A DNA stretch of 64,000 nucleotides. Origin: Sphingobacteriaceae bacterium (lineage in GTDB: Bacteria; Bacteroidota; Bacteroidia; UBA7662). Shown one piece after another: positions 10,725-21,442 of the stretch. How positions within the stretch are numbered: position 1 is the first letter of the stretch; each line of letters starts with the position of its first letter. The notes beneath the pieces are model-generated. The model ran no database searches. It saw only the letters and a list, made by a program, of their open reading frames with translations, and was not told the DNA's origin. A program made the translations under genes and the position numbers. The stretch is from the NCBI GenBank assembly GCA_013824115.1, contig PNNG01000035.1, positions 16,568 to 80,567 on the forward strand, written 5' to 3'.

Positions 10725-12437
10725 TTACAAGGCTTTTGGAGGAATATCGGCTTTGGCTTTCGACCGAGGCGCGTAAGGCAGTCGAATCTCTACCAATTTA
10801 TCGTTGCTGTGGGTTTCTTCTTTGATCAAATTGCCCCAGTCGTCGTAGAAAAGTTGTAGGCCGTTTTTTTGATCGTTGGCGTAGTTGACTATGGTTTCGG
10901 TTATTCCGTTTTCATAGGTCCAAATTACTTCGCCTTCCGCTTTACCGTTCACAAAAAACGAACGGTAGGTGGTATCGCCAGTAGCAGAAAGTTGGGCATA
11001 TATACCTTCGAGCTTGCCGTTTTTGTATTTGCGGATTAGTTCGGTTTTACCATCGCTGTAAAACGATCTCCAAGTGCCATGACGCCGTCCTGCGGCAATG
11101 CCGCCTTCTTCAACCAAAGTGCCATCTTCGTCAAAGGTTTTGAATGTGCCTTTGCCGGCTTTCACCAAAAACTCCTTGCCACGTGTCAATTGATCCACCA
11201 GAAATAGGTCGGCTTCGTAATTGCCCGTTGCCCGCCAGCCTGCTGGGTACTTCAGGCTCCATTTTCCAACCGTTTCGCCCTTGGCAACTTGGCCTTCGCC
11301 CATTTCAAGCCAGTCGGGTTGTACATCTCGGTAATAGCCCGCGCCGTTTTCTACCAGCACAGTGCCATTGCTGTCGAAAGCAGCTAAAATTTTGGGCTTG
11401 TTATCTACAAATTTCAATCGAAGCGCCGCTGATCCGTTCTCATAGTAACTTTCAAATGCTCCTTCAAAATCGCCATCTACATATTGGGCCTTGGCTTCTA
11501 GTTGTCCGTTGGCGTAATAGAATACCCAAAGCCCTTCGCGATTGCCCAAATGGTATTTTCCTTCTGCTCTTTTGGTGCCATTTTCGTAATATCCCACCCA
11601 TCGGCCATGCATGCGGCCGTAGTAATAGCTGCCCGAATCTTGTAATTGTCCCGATGGGTAAAAAAAGCTGGCCAATCCGTGTTCGATGCCATAGGCATAC
11701 TGCATGTTCTTTTCTACAGAGCTGTCTTCGCGCAGCCAAACCCATTGGCCCACCGATACACTTTGCTCTTGAACGCCCGTTTGCACCAATTGTCCACTGG
11801 TATTGAAGTATTTCCATTCACCAGTTCTGTGCCCTTTTTTGTAGAAGCCTGTGCTGGAACGTTCTCCATTTTCGTGGTAGTACGAAACTGGTACGCGATA
11901 TCCAATGTATAGCGCGGCCAAAAAACCCAAAAGCAAGGTGTAGCCCGTGAGCGAAAGCGGTAGAGGGGGTAATTTTTCTAAAAATGCAGGCAATTCGCTG
12001 TCGCCTTCGGCTGGCATGCTGTACTTAAAGCCAGCGCCTGCAGCCAGGGCATAAAAGAGCAGGTCGATGGGCCCCATCTCGGTAAGGGTGTAACCGAACA
12101 GTTCTGCCGGCGTAAATTGCGCCATGGCATTCAGCCAATGGACGGATTGCTCCTCGGCATAAAAACCAATTTGTGCCAAGAGGTTGCCTATAAAACAAGC
12201 AAGTACGGCAATGGCGGCCGACATTACTTGAAAGCCCCAGCCCTTGCCTTGACCAGTGAGTCGCGCGCCTATGGCCACACAAAAACCAATGCCTATGGCC
12301 AAGTAGCCAATTTGCCAGCCCGATAATACGGTGATGTACGCCCAAAGGGTGGCAGCCAAACTGCCAGCAAACAGAGCACCGCCTGCCCCTATCAAGAGGT
12401 TTTTGGTGAACGATTTTTCAGAATCAGAATGCATCAT
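10725..12437 (-). CDS. Membrane-anchored MORN-variant (YwqK-like) repeat protein
   Basis: About five TM helices followed by many G.W..YY.NG repeats; start taken at MMHSD. Confidence 0.75.
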   Translation of the reverse strand: MMHSDSEKSFTKNLLIGAGGALFAGSLAATLWAYITVLSGWQIGYLAIGIGFCVAIGARLTGQGKGWGFQVMSAAIAVLACFIGNLLAQIGFYAEEQSVHWLNAMAQFTPAELFGYTLTEMGPIDLLFYALAAGAGFKYSMPAEGDSELPAFLEKLPPLPLSLTGYTLLLGFLAALYIGYRVPVSYYHENGERSSTGFYKKGHRTGEWKYFNTSGQLVQTGVQEQSVSVGQWVWLREDSSVEKNMQYAYGIEHGLASFFYPSGQLQDSGSYYYGRMHGRWVGYYENGTKRAEGKYHLGNREGLWVFYYANGQLEAKAQYVDGDFEGAFESYYENGSAALRLKFVDNKPKILAAFDSNGTVLVENGAGYYRDVQPDWLEMGEGQVAKGETVGKWSLKYPAGWRATGNYEADLFLVDQLTRGKEFLVKAGKGTFKTFDEDGTLVEEGGIAAGRRHGTWRSFYSDGKTELIRKYKNGKLEGIYAQLSATGDTTYRSFFVNGKAEGEVIWTYENGITETIVNYANDQKNGLQLFYDDWGNLIKEETHSNDKLVEIRLPYAPRSKAKADIPPKAL

Positions 12438-12479
12438 GATGTATTTACAGCACATGATACAGCTAAAACGGATTGGTTG

Positions 12480-13277
12480 CTACACCCAGGACATGAATTC
12501 GGCCAAGATTTCGGCCGTTTTTGGGCGACATTCGTACATGCCCATGTGGCCAGCCTCAGGCAAGAGTTCCAATTGGCAGCGGTCGAGCTGCGCAGCAAAG
12601 TCGAGGCCCACGCTTTGAGGTAAAATGGGATCCTGAGCACCCAATACCACCAATTTGGGCAAGGGGCTTTGCACCAACAGTTCGAGCCGACTTTCGCGAT
12701 CGCGCATGGCCCGGGTTTGGGCTACATAAGCCGCCACGCTTTGCTCAGCGGCTTGTTTTTCGAGCAGTTCGATGATTTCAGACATGGATTCGCGGTGGGC
12801 TGGGGCAAACAAATTGGGGATAAAGCCATGCAAAAAATCTTTACTTCCGCGCTTTTCTATAAGTTCGATGGTGCGGTCGCGGTTCCCCTTTTTGCCTTCG
12901 TCATCTCCCAGCGGGTGCGAGTGGAACAGGCCGATACCCAACAAACGCTGGGGCACTGCGGCCAGCATCTCCAAGGCCACATAGCCGCCCATCGAATGGC
13001 CTACCACCACACATTTTTCGATGTGTAAGTCACTCAACCACTGCCAAAGCAGCTTGGCGGTGGCGCCTAAATCGGCACTTCCATCACTGAGTAGACTGCT
13101 GTTTCCCGAGCCGGGAAGGTCGGGCACCAGCACCCGGTACTGGCCTGCCAATGCCTCGGCGGCCGCTAGCCAGCAGCGGTGACTTTCGGTAAAACCATGG
13201 AGCAAAACTAGGCAAGGGCCTGCCCCTTTGTCATACCATTGCAAGCTAGCGTTTTGGATGCTGGATTTTTTGAGCAT
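12480..13277 (-). CDS. Alpha/beta fold hydrolase
   Basis: LLHGF, DLPGSG, GHSMGG nucleophile elbow, AGHMG. Confidence 0.92.
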   Translation of the reverse strand: MLKKSSIQNASLQWYDKGAGPCLVLLHGFTESHRCWLAAAEALAGQYRVLVPDLPGSGNSSLLSDGSADLGATAKLLWQWLSDLHIEKCVVVGHSMGGYVALEMLAAVPQRLLGIGLFHSHPLGDDEGKKGNRDRTIELIEKRGSKDFLHGFIPNLFAPAHRESMSEIIELLEKQAAEQSVAAYVAQTRAMRDRESRLELLVQSPLPKLVVLGAQDPILPQSVGLDFAAQLDRCQLELLPEAGHMGMYECRPKTAEILAEFMSWV

Positions 13278-13318
13278 ATTTGTTGATTGCGTTTCGCCTG
13301 CAAACTTACCAAACGAAG

Positions 13319-16300
13319 ATGAAGAAATTTTTTACGCTTGCTTTTGCTTGCTTGTTTACCGGACAGCTTTTCGCCCAGTCGCACTTCCCTTACAATGGCG
13401 TGCGCGACGAACGTCCAAATACCGTGCTGTTTACCAATGCGAACATCGTGGTGAAACCCGGACAGCGCATTGAAAAAGGCATGTTGCTGGTGCGCGATGG
13501 CAAGGTAGCCGAAGTAGGTAAAACCATTGTGAAGCCAGCGGGCGTGCAAGAAATTGATTTGCAAGGCAAATTCATCTACCCCGCTTTTGTGGAGAGTTAT
13601 GGCGATTATGGCATTGCCAAAGAAAGCCGTGCAGCCGGCAGCCGCACGGGTGGTCCACAATTCACCCCCGCTCGCAGTGGCGCTTTTACGGCCAACGACG
13701 CCATCAGGGCCGACCAACAGGCTTTTAACCGCTTTAGTGGCGATAGCAAGGCGGCCGCCCAATGGCGCAAAAACGGCTTTGGTGCGGTGGTAACCCATGT
13801 GCACGATGGCATTGCCCGCGGCACAGGCGCCTTGGTGAGCACGGGCGACGAAACCGACAACTTGCTGTTGCTTCAACCCAAAGTGAGTGCCCATTACAGC
13901 TTTAGCAAAGGCAGCAGTACCCAAGACTATCCCTCTTCGCTCATGGGCAGCATTGCCCTTTTCCGCCAAACGTGGTACGATGCCCGTTGGTACCAAGCCA
14001 ACAAGCAAAAGCAGCAGTTACAAGACCTCACCCTCGATGCCCTTTTGGCCGACGCGGGCTTGCCTCAGGTTTTTGAAGCCCAACAGAAATACGATTTGCT
14101 ACGCATTCAGGAATTGGGCAAAGAGCTCAATATGAATTTTGTGGTGAAAGCGCGTGGCGACGAGTACCAGTACCTCGATGCCGTAAAAGCTGCTCAGATG
14201 CCTTTGTTGGTGCCTGTAAATTATCCCGATGCCGTGGAAGTGGAAGATCCGCTCGATGCCCGCGATGTTTCGTTGGCCCAAATGCTGCATTGGGAGTTGG
14301 CGCCGGGCAATTTGGCTGCCCTGCACAAAGCAGGGATACGCTTTGCGGTTACAACGGCCGATTTAAAAAATCCTTCTGACTTGTGGAGCAATATGCGCCT
14401 CGCCATTGAGTACGGACTTTCTACCGATGCCGCCCTCGAGGCACTTACCCTTTCGCCAGCACGTTTGTTCAAAGTCGATAATCTGGTAGGAAGCCTGGAA
14501 AAAGGCCGCATGGCCAATTTTTTGGTATGCTCCGATTCGCTTTTTGCAGCCGACAACGAAATTTACCAAACCTGGGTAGCAGGGCGCAAATACGAGCAGC
14601 AAGCTTTTCCCGAAACGGTGGACATGCGTGGCAACTACCGCTTCCAAGGCGGCCTGTTCAATGGCATGCTCCTCGAAGTAAAAGGCAAAGCCAGTCAGCC
14701 CGAATTCAGCCTCAAAACCAACGATACCACCAGCGTGAAGCTCAAGGCCGAGCGTTCGGGTGATTTTGTGAGCCTGTGGGTGAAAGACAAAAAAGTGGCC
14801 GATGGCGCCCTATTGCGCATCAGTTTGTGGCGCGATGGCAAAAACCTGCAAGGTAAATTCAACGAACGAGAAGGCGTAGAGACCGATATACGCGTGGTAT
14901 TCGAAAGCACCACTACCGAGAAGGAGAAGGCAAAAAAAGACAAGGTGGCCAGTACATTGGGCGCTATGCGCTATCCATTTACTGATTTGGGCCAGTTGGA
15001 GGTGCCCAAAGCCGGTGCCATTATCATCCGCGGAGCCACGGTGTGGACCTCAGAGGCTGAAGGCAAACTCGAGGAAGCCGATGTGGCCATCAACAATGGC
15101 AAAATTGTGGCCGTGGGCAAGAAGCTTTCAGCTGCTGTATTGGGCAAAGGTGCCCAAGTACGCGAAATTGATGGAAAAGGCTTGCATGTAACACCCGGTC
15201 TTATCGACGAGCACAGCCACATTGCCATCAGCAGGGGCGTGAACGAAGGCACCCGCAGCATCACCAGCGAAGTGCGCATTGGAGATGTGCTTTTCCCCGA
15301 CGATGTAAATATTTACCGTCAATTGGCTGGTGGCGTGACCGGAGCACAATTGCTGCACGGCTCGGCCAATGCCATAGGTGGACAATCGCAATACATCAAA
15401 ATGCGCTGGGGCGTAACCAATCCGGCCGACCTCAAAATGAAAGAAGCCCCTGGTTTCATCAAATTTGCCTTGGGTGAAAATGTGAAGCAAGCCAACTGGG
15501 GCGATCGCAATACCACGCGTTTCCCACAAACCCGGATGGGGGTAGAGCAAATCATGATGGATGGCTTTTTGCGTGCCCGTGAGTATGATGCCCTACGCAA
15601 GGCCGATCCCGCAGGCACCCGCCGCGATTTAAGCATGGAAGCTTTGGTAGAAATCATGCAGCAAAAGCGCTTCATCACCTGCCACAGCTATGTGCAGAGC
15701 GAGATCAACATGCTTATGAAAGCCGGCGATTCACTGGGCTTCAAAGTGAATACCTTCACCCACATTTTGGAGGGGTACAAAGTGGCCGACAAGATGTTTA
15801 AGCATGGCGCCAATGCCAGTACCTTTGCCGACTGGTGGGCATACAAATACGAAGTAATCGATGCTATTCCGCACAACGCTGCCATTATGAACCGGGTAGG
15901 GGTGAACGTGGCCATCAATTCCGACGATGCCGAAATGGCCCGTCGCCTCAACCAAGAAGCGGCCAAAACCGTGAAGTATGGTGGTTTGAGTGAAGAAGAG
16001 GCCATGCGGATGGTGACGATTAATCCCGCCAAAATGCTCAAAATCGACACCCATACCGGAAGCTTGAAGGCCGGTAAGCATGCCGACTTGGTGATTTGGA
16101 ATGGGCACCCCTTGAGCATGTATAGCAAGCCGCTGTACACCTTGGTGGATGGGGTGGTGTATTTCGACCATGAGCGCGATGCCGCTGCCCGCGAAGCACT
16201 GAAAGCCGAGCGCCAGCGCCTCATTGAAAAAATGGCCGATGCCCGTAAAAACGGCAAAAAGGCCGCCAAGCCTGCTTTGCTAGTTGAACCCGAGTGGCAT

Positions 16301-16348
16301 TGTACCACCTTAGGAGACCAAGGGGCCCACTTGCATCACGCACACTAA
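13319..16348 (+). CDS. Exported two-domain amidohydrolase family protein
   Basis: Signal peptide MKKFF; two amidohydrolase-like halves; PGLIDEHSH, CHSY, THILE and NSDD metal ligands in the second half. Confidence 0.88.
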   Translation: MKKFFTLAFACLFTGQLFAQSHFPYNGVRDERPNTVLFTNANIVVKPGQRIEKGMLLVRDGKVAEVGKTIVKPAGVQEIDLQGKFIYPAFVESYGDYGIAKESRAAGSRTGGPQFTPARSGAFTANDAIRADQQAFNRFSGDSKAAAQWRKNGFGAVVTHVHDGIARGTGALVSTGDETDNLLLLQPKVSAHYSFSKGSSTQDYPSSLMGSIALFRQTWYDARWYQANKQKQQLQDLTLDALLADAGLPQVFEAQQKYDLLRIQELGKELNMNFVVKARGDEYQYLDAVKAAQMPLLVPVNYPDAVEVEDPLDARDVSLAQMLHWELAPGNLAALHKAGIRFAVTTADLKNPSDLWSNMRLAIEYGLSTDAALEALTLSPARLFKVDNLVGSLEKGRMANFLVCSDSLFAADNEIYQTWVAGRKYEQQAFPETVDMRGNYRFQGGLFNGMLLEVKGKASQPEFSLKTNDTTSVKLKAERSGDFVSLWVKDKKVADGALLRISLWRDGKNLQGKFNEREGVETDIRVVFESTTTEKEKAKKDKVASTLGAMRYPFTDLGQLEVPKAGAIIIRGATVWTSEAEGKLEEADVAINNGKIVAVGKKLSAAVLGKGAQVREIDGKGLHVTPGLIDEHSHIAISRGVNEGTRSITSEVRIGDVLFPDDVNIYRQLAGGVTGAQLLHGSANAIGGQSQYIKMRWGVTNPADLKMKEAPGFIKFALGENVKQANWGDRNTTRFPQTRMGVEQIMMDGFLRAREYDALRKADPAGTRRDLSMEALVEIMQQKRFITCHSYVQSEINMLMKAGDSLGFKVNTFTHILEGYKVADKMFKHGANASTFADWWAYKYEVIDAIPHNAAIMNRVGVNVAINSDDAEMARRLNQEAAKTVKYGGLSEEEAMRMVTINPAKMLKIDTHTGSLKAGKHADLVIWNGHPLSMYSKPLYTLVDGVVYFDHERDAAAREALKAERQRLIEKMADARKNGKKAAKPALLVEPEWHCTTLGDQGAHLHHAH

Positions 16349-16371
16349 GCCCAACCAAACACCAACCTACC

Positions 16372-18255
16372 TTGAAAAAGCTGCTCATTCTTGTTGTTGT
16401 TTTACTGGCTTCGCTCACCGGCAAAGCACAGGAGCTGGTATGGCCCGATCATGTAATTACTTCGGTACCAACCCCGGTGCAGGTTATGTGTGATAATTGT
16501 GCCGATACGCTGGTTGTAGAGCTCAATGGCCAAGCACAATTGGTGCCCTTAATCAAAGGCAAAGGGTCGTTTGACATCTTGTTGGAAAAGCGAAAATTGG
16601 TGACTGTTTTCATTGGGCGCCAATATTTCGAGCGGGAATATAATCCTGTTCCATTGGGTTGGAGCATTTGGCCTCCCCTGATAGCCATTGTCATGGCCCT
16701 GTTTTTCAGGGAGGTGTATTCGGCACTTTTCGCAGGCATTTTGATGGGGGCTTGGCTTTTGGGTGGTTACAGCTACGGACTTATACCGGGCATGTGGTGG
16801 GCCTTGCAACGCATTGCCGACACTTACATCATTGAAGCTTTGAGCGACCCCGACCATCAGTCGATCGTGGTTTTTTCGATGCTCATTGGTGGCATGGTAG
16901 CCGTTATCAGTAAAAATGGGGGCATGCAGGGCGTAGTGAATTACTTATCGCGTTTTGCTAAAAATGCACGGTCGGGGCAGCTGGTTACTTGGTTCCTCGG
17001 TATTCTCATTTTTTTCGACGACTATTCGAATACCCTGCTGGTAGGCAATACCATGCGTCCGGTTACCGATAAGTTGCGAATTTCGCGCGAAAAACTAGCC
17101 TATTTGGTCGATTCAACAGCAGCACCAGTAGCGGCCATTGCCTTTATTACCACATGGATAGGTGCCGAGCTCGGTTACATCAAAGACGGTATTGCAGGCA
17201 TCGACGGTTTAGATGAGAATGCCTACCACGTTTTTCTCAACTCATTGCAGTATTCCTTCTATCCCGTGCTCACTTTGCTTTTCATGCTGATGCTCATTTT
17301 GCAGGGGCGCGATTTTGGCCCAATGCGCGATGCTGAAGTAGCCGCACGTGCCCGGGGTGCCATTACGCCTACGGGCATTAACCGTTTGCAGGGAGAAGCT
17401 GCGGCCTTCAATATGGAGCATGGCCTCAAGCCTACAGCAGGTTTGGCTATATTACCTGTGCTAGCGGTGGTGGGTGTGGTGATTTACGGATTGATTACTA
17501 CGGGATGGGATGCTGCGGTGTGGGCTGATGCAGAACTGTCGGTATTTAGGCGGCTGTCTATCATCATTGGCAATGCCAATTCATATACCGCTTTGTTGTG
17601 GGGATCGGGGGCGGGCTTGTTGTTGGCCATTATTTTGAGCATTGGCACCAAGCGATTGACCCTTGAGAAAAGCATGGAAAGCATGCTTACCGGTTTCAAA
17701 ACCATGTTGGCAGCCGTATTGATTTTGGTACTTGCTTGGATTTTAGCGGAGCTGACCCAAGAGTTGCAAACGGCTGTTTTTATTACCCGGGCCTTGCTCG
17801 ATTTGAATTTAGGGGCCTCCTGGCTACCATTGCTCACATTTTTACTGGCGGGGATAGTTGCTTTTAGCACAGGTTCGAGTTGGGGTACCATGGCCATTCT
17901 TTATCCAATCATGCTGCCTGCTGCCTGGAGATTGGCGCAGGAAGCGGGCATGAGTCACGAGGAAAGTCTGGCCATTTTCCACAATGTGGTGAGCTGTGTG
18001 TTGGCAGGAAGCGTGCTGGGCGACCATTGTTCACCCATAAGCGATACTACCATTTTGAGCTCCCTATCCTCGGGTTGCAACCACATCAGCCATGTGCGCA
18101 CACAAATGCCGTATGCCCTTACGGTAGGTGCGTTTTCTATTTTATTTGGAACGCTGCCAGTAGCGTTTGGTATGCCTCTTTGGCTCTCTTACATGCTTGT
18201 ACTGCCAGCCATGTGGTACTTCATTCGTTATTTTGGCGCACCTGTACCTCAGTGA
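16372..18255 (+). CDS. Na+/H+ antiporter NhaC family protein
   Basis: FFDDYSN, SREKLAYLVDSTAAP, STGSSWGT and GDHCSPISDTT motifs; probable TTG start at LKKLL. Confidence 0.88.
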   Translation: MKKLLILVVVLLASLTGKAQELVWPDHVITSVPTPVQVMCDNCADTLVVELNGQAQLVPLIKGKGSFDILLEKRKLVTVFIGRQYFEREYNPVPLGWSIWPPLIAIVMALFFREVYSALFAGILMGAWLLGGYSYGLIPGMWWALQRIADTYIIEALSDPDHQSIVVFSMLIGGMVAVISKNGGMQGVVNYLSRFAKNARSGQLVTWFLGILIFFDDYSNTLLVGNTMRPVTDKLRISREKLAYLVDSTAAPVAAIAFITTWIGAELGYIKDGIAGIDGLDENAYHVFLNSLQYSFYPVLTLLFMLMLILQGRDFGPMRDAEVAARARGAITPTGINRLQGEAAAFNMEHGLKPTAGLAILPVLAVVGVVIYGLITTGWDAAVWADAELSVFRRLSIIIGNANSYTALLWGSGAGLLLAIILSIGTKRLTLEKSMESMLTGFKTMLAAVLILVLAWILAELTQELQTAVFITRALLDLNLGASWLPLLTFLLAGIVAFSTGSSWGTMAILYPIMLPAAWRLAQEAGMSHEESLAIFHNVVSCVLAGSVLGDHCSPISDTTILSSLSSGCNHISHVRTQMPYALTVGAFSILFGTLPVAFGMPLWLSYMLVLPAMWYFIRYFGAPVPQ

Positions 18256-18859
18256 GGTGATGTACCAGGTATTGCCGGCCTGTGCTGAGCTCGGTGCAAA
18301 GAAAGCGCGTGCGGCGTTTTTCCATTTTTTTGAATACCCGCGGTGGATTGCCCAAGGCGAATACCTCTCCCAGAGGCAGGGCTTCTAACAGTTGTACATG
18401 TTTAGGGCGCTCTGAGTACTGTGCCAAGGCACGCATCAAATCGGGGTCGGCACAGCTCGATGCTTTGGGCGATTGAAAATAGCGGTGTAATACGGGTAGC
18501 AATTCAATCGGAAAAACCTCGGGTACCAGCAAGGGGCCCATCAGCCACGAGAAGGCCTTTTTCCATTCTTCGCCGTGCGGCAATACCTTGTTCTGGTATT
18601 TTTCCCAAACCAATAAGTGGGCAAATTCGTGCACCAGTGTAACGGTAAAAGCGTATGGGTTGAGGGTTTGGTTTACCGTAATGCGGTGTCCCTTTCCCTG
18701 CCAAGGATGCCGGTAATCGCCTAGTTTGGTGGCTCGTGCTCGGGTGAGTGTTAATTGCACCCGGTGCTGCACCAAAAAATCAGCCGCAAAAGAAAGCGCT
18801 GCAGCCGGCATAAATGGACGCAATGCGTCTTCCAGCTTGCGGTGCAGGGGGCTCAACAT
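18221..18859 (-). CDS. SprT-like zinc metalloprotease domain protein
   Basis: KLGDYR, TLVHEFAH and PHGEEWK motifs. Confidence 0.88.
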   Translation of the reverse strand: MLSPLHRKLEDALRPFMPAAALSFAADFLVQHRVQLTLTRARATKLGDYRHPWQGKGHRITVNQTLNPYAFTVTLVHEFAHLLVWEKYQNKVLPHGEEWKKAFSWLMGPLLVPEVFPIELLPVLHRYFQSPKASSCADPDLMRALAQYSERPKHVQLLEALPLGEVFALGNPPRVFKKMEKRRTRFLCTELSTGRQYLVHHLTEVQVRQNNE

Positions 18860-18900
18860 GTTGCCAAATTACAACCAATAGGTGCTTGCTGCCAAGGGGC

Positions 18901-19779
18901 TCATCGAGTTTTTTGCAAAGCCAAAGACATGCCCATGCCCAGGGCCATGTTCAAAGGCTGGTGCCCGGCCGGAAAGCCAAACAGCACAGGATAATCGTAT
19001 CGCGAAACGGCTTCAAACACAATTTCCTCCGCGGTTCGGCCAAAGCCTATGGCGTTGTCGTTCATTTGGGTGAGGCCACCAACTACCAACCCGGCCAAAC
19101 CTTCAAGTTTGCCCGCCCTGCGCAGTGCCTGCATCATGCGGTCGAGGTGATATAGATACTCATCCAAATCTTCGAGAAACAGTATTTTACCCCTGAAATC
19201 GGGCAAGGTGTCACTTCCCAGCAAGCTGTACAAAACACTCAGGTTGCCACCCAATATCGTTCCTTCTAGTTGTGCACCGCGGGCCCAATGCAAATACTGC
19301 AGGCTGTATTGGATGGGTTTGCCTTGCAACGCATGCAGCAGGCTGTCAAACGAAAGCTGTATATCGGCCTCTTCCTTAAAATTCACGGGCATGGCACTGT
19401 GAATACTGGCATAACCACGTGCTTGTAAAGCGGCATGCAATACGGTAATGTCACTGAAGCCACAAAGCCATTTTGGGGCGGCATCAAAGCCTTTCCAACA
19501 AAGTTCGTCAATAAGCCGCACCGTGCCATAACCGCCCCTGGCGCACCAAACAGCACGTACCTCTGCATCATCGAGCTGTTGCTGCAAATCTGCCAAGCGC
19601 TCAGCATCGGTGCCAGCAAATTGGCGGTCGGCCAGGCCAATACTGCTGCCCAAACGCACCCGCAGGCCCTTGCTTTGGAGCCAAGAAGCAGCTGGGGCAC
19701 ATTCATCGGGGGTGATTTTGCGGGCAGTAGCCACTATGGCCACCAAATCGCCGGGTTGGAGGTAAGGGGGAATGATCAT
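18901..19779 (-). CDS. LD-carboxypeptidase (peptidase S66)
   Basis: ARGGYG, GFSDIT, GGNL, LFLED and PAGH motifs. Confidence 0.92.
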   Translation of the reverse strand: MIIPPYLQPGDLVAIVATARKITPDECAPAASWLQSKGLRVRLGSSIGLADRQFAGTDAERLADLQQQLDDAEVRAVWCARGGYGTVRLIDELCWKGFDAAPKWLCGFSDITVLHAALQARGYASIHSAMPVNFKEEADIQLSFDSLLHALQGKPIQYSLQYLHWARGAQLEGTILGGNLSVLYSLLGSDTLPDFRGKILFLEDLDEYLYHLDRMMQALRRAGKLEGLAGLVVGGLTQMNDNAIGFGRTAEEIVFEAVSRYDYPVLFGFPAGHQPLNMALGMGMSLALQKTR

Positions 19780-20963
19780 TTGACGATGAGATAAACGGCT
19801 CCAGTACGGTTTTTAGGTCCTAATTGCGTTTGGGTAAGCAGGTAAATTTGGCCTTGCTCGTCTTCGCCCAAGCTGTTGATGTAGCCATAGGCATCGCCAC
19901 TGCGGAAACGCAGGTTGCTGCTTTCCCAACGTTGGCCGTTTTGCTCGAGGGTCATTACAGCGCCTTTCCAATCGGCAAATACAAACTTACCATACAGCGC
20001 AGGCATATTGCGGTTTCTACAAACATAGCCGCCAACCACACATACCCTGCTGCTGCTGTGCATGTACACATGTATGGGCGCCTCGAGCGTTTTGCCTTGC
20101 TCGCAGTTCTTTTCGGGATTGTAGCATTGATTTCCTTCCTTGAGTCGCCAGCCGTAATTGCCGCCTTTTTCGATGAGGTTGATTTCCTCCCATTTGTTTT
20201 GGCCAACATCGGCACAAAACAGCCGCCCATCGGGCGCAAAAGCAAAACGCCAGGGATTGCGGAGACCATAGGCCCAAATCTCAGGCCGGCCGCCACCGCG
20301 GGCAAACGGATTGTCGTCGGGAATGGCATAAGGCTCGCCCCTGTCTACATCAATGCGCAGTATTTTGCCCAACAGTGTGTTGAGGTTCTGGCCGTTGCCA
20401 GTGAGCCCAAAGCGATCGCCAGCGCCGCCCCCATCGCCTAAACCGAGGTAGAGGTAGCCATCGGGACCAAAAGCCAATGCGCCTCCATTGTGGTTCGATG
20501 CAGGCTGGTCGACCGTTAGGATGATTCGTTGTGTAGTAAAATCGGCCATGTCGGGGTCGAAGGGCGACACCTGATACTCGGCCAAGATGCCTTGGTGGTC
20601 GGTTCCTGTCTTTTCGCGTGGTGCTGAAAAATATACGTAAAAGCGGCCATTTTGCTTGTATTTGGGGTGAAAGGCCAAGCCAAGCAGACCCATTTCGCTG
20701 TAGTACGGACTTATGGGCGCCACTTTGCTGGTTACATCTAGGAAGGGGTAAGGCTTTAACTTGCCATTGCGTACCACCCGCACATTGCCAGGTTGTTCAA
20801 CAATGAACAAGCGGTTGCTACCGTCGCCAGCATGGGTAAGCACCACAGGTCCCGACAAGCCCTCGAGTACTTTTTGGAGGTTGAGTGTAATAGGTGCCTG
20901 CGCCCGAATGGCCATGGGTAAGCCAAGCAGCAGGAGCCAGAACAGAATAGTTTTTACACGCAT
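19776..20963 (-). CDS. PQQ-dependent glucose/sorbosone dehydrogenase family protein
   Basis: GLLGLAFHP, NHNGG, GDGG, YGLRNPW and DVGQ motifs; signal peptide from MRVKT; TAGTTTTG box at 20969-20976. Confidence 0.9.
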   Translation of the reverse strand: MRVKTILFWLLLLGLPMAIRAQAPITLNLQKVLEGLSGPVVLTHAGDGSNRLFIVEQPGNVRVVRNGKLKPYPFLDVTSKVAPISPYYSEMGLLGLAFHPKYKQNGRFYVYFSAPREKTGTDHQGILAEYQVSPFDPDMADFTTQRIILTVDQPASNHNGGALAFGPDGYLYLGLGDGGGAGDRFGLTGNGQNLNTLLGKILRIDVDRGEPYAIPDDNPFARGGGRPEIWAYGLRNPWRFAFAPDGRLFCADVGQNKWEEINLIEKGGNYGWRLKEGNQCYNPEKNCEQGKTLEAPIHVYMHSSSRVCVVGGYVCRNRNMPALYGKFVFADWKGAVMTLEQNGQRWESSNLRFRSGDAYGYINSLGEDEQGQIYLLTQTQLGPKNRTGAVYLIVK

Positions 20964-21075
20964 CGCTCCAAAACTAACAAAAAGCAAGCATTGCTGAGCG
21001 CATTTGGGGCCTCATTTGGCAAGTAGACCGGTTTGAATTTGCACAAGCAGACAAAATAGTCCATATTTGAGAGCC

Positions 21076-21390
21076 ATGATGTTCCGTGTGTTTTGGGTAT
21101 TTGCCCTGTTGTTCCTTGGGTCGGTTTGCTTGGGTCGGGCCTTTGGTGGCATCCAGCAAGGTGCAACCAGTCGTTGCATCCAGCCTGAAAGAATCGTTGC
21201 TGATCAAGCGCCTGATTTTGTAACCCTCGTAGGGTTGAATTTAACCCAAGAAAGCGATCAACAATCTGCTGAACGGGCTGTTTGCAAGTCTGTAGCAGCT
21301 AACGAAAGGCAACTTTGCTGGGTTGCGCCGTTTACCGGGCTTCCTTGGGCTGCGTGGTCGGGCTTGCACAATCCCCCGCCCGAATCCTGA
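21076..21390 (+). CDS. Small exported-type protein ending HNPPPES (candidate leader/arrest peptide)
   Basis: CATATTTG box just before the ATG, hydrophobic N-terminus, C-terminal PPP, 52 nt upstream of SulP. Confidence 0.55.
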   Translation: MMFRVFWVFALLFLGSVCLGRAFGGIQQGATSRCIQPERIVADQAPDFVTLVGLNLTQESDQQSAERAVCKSVAANERQLCWVAPFTGLPWAAWSGLHNPPPES

Positions 21391-21442
21391 GCGCATTTCT
21401 AGCCAAATGCCCTACTGGGTTTTATTTCCAATTTGATTTTTT

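Noticed and set aside
18221-18255. 35-bp convergent overlap of the NhaC and SprT-like genes
   Set aside because: Short tail-to-tail overlaps are ordinary in compact genomes.
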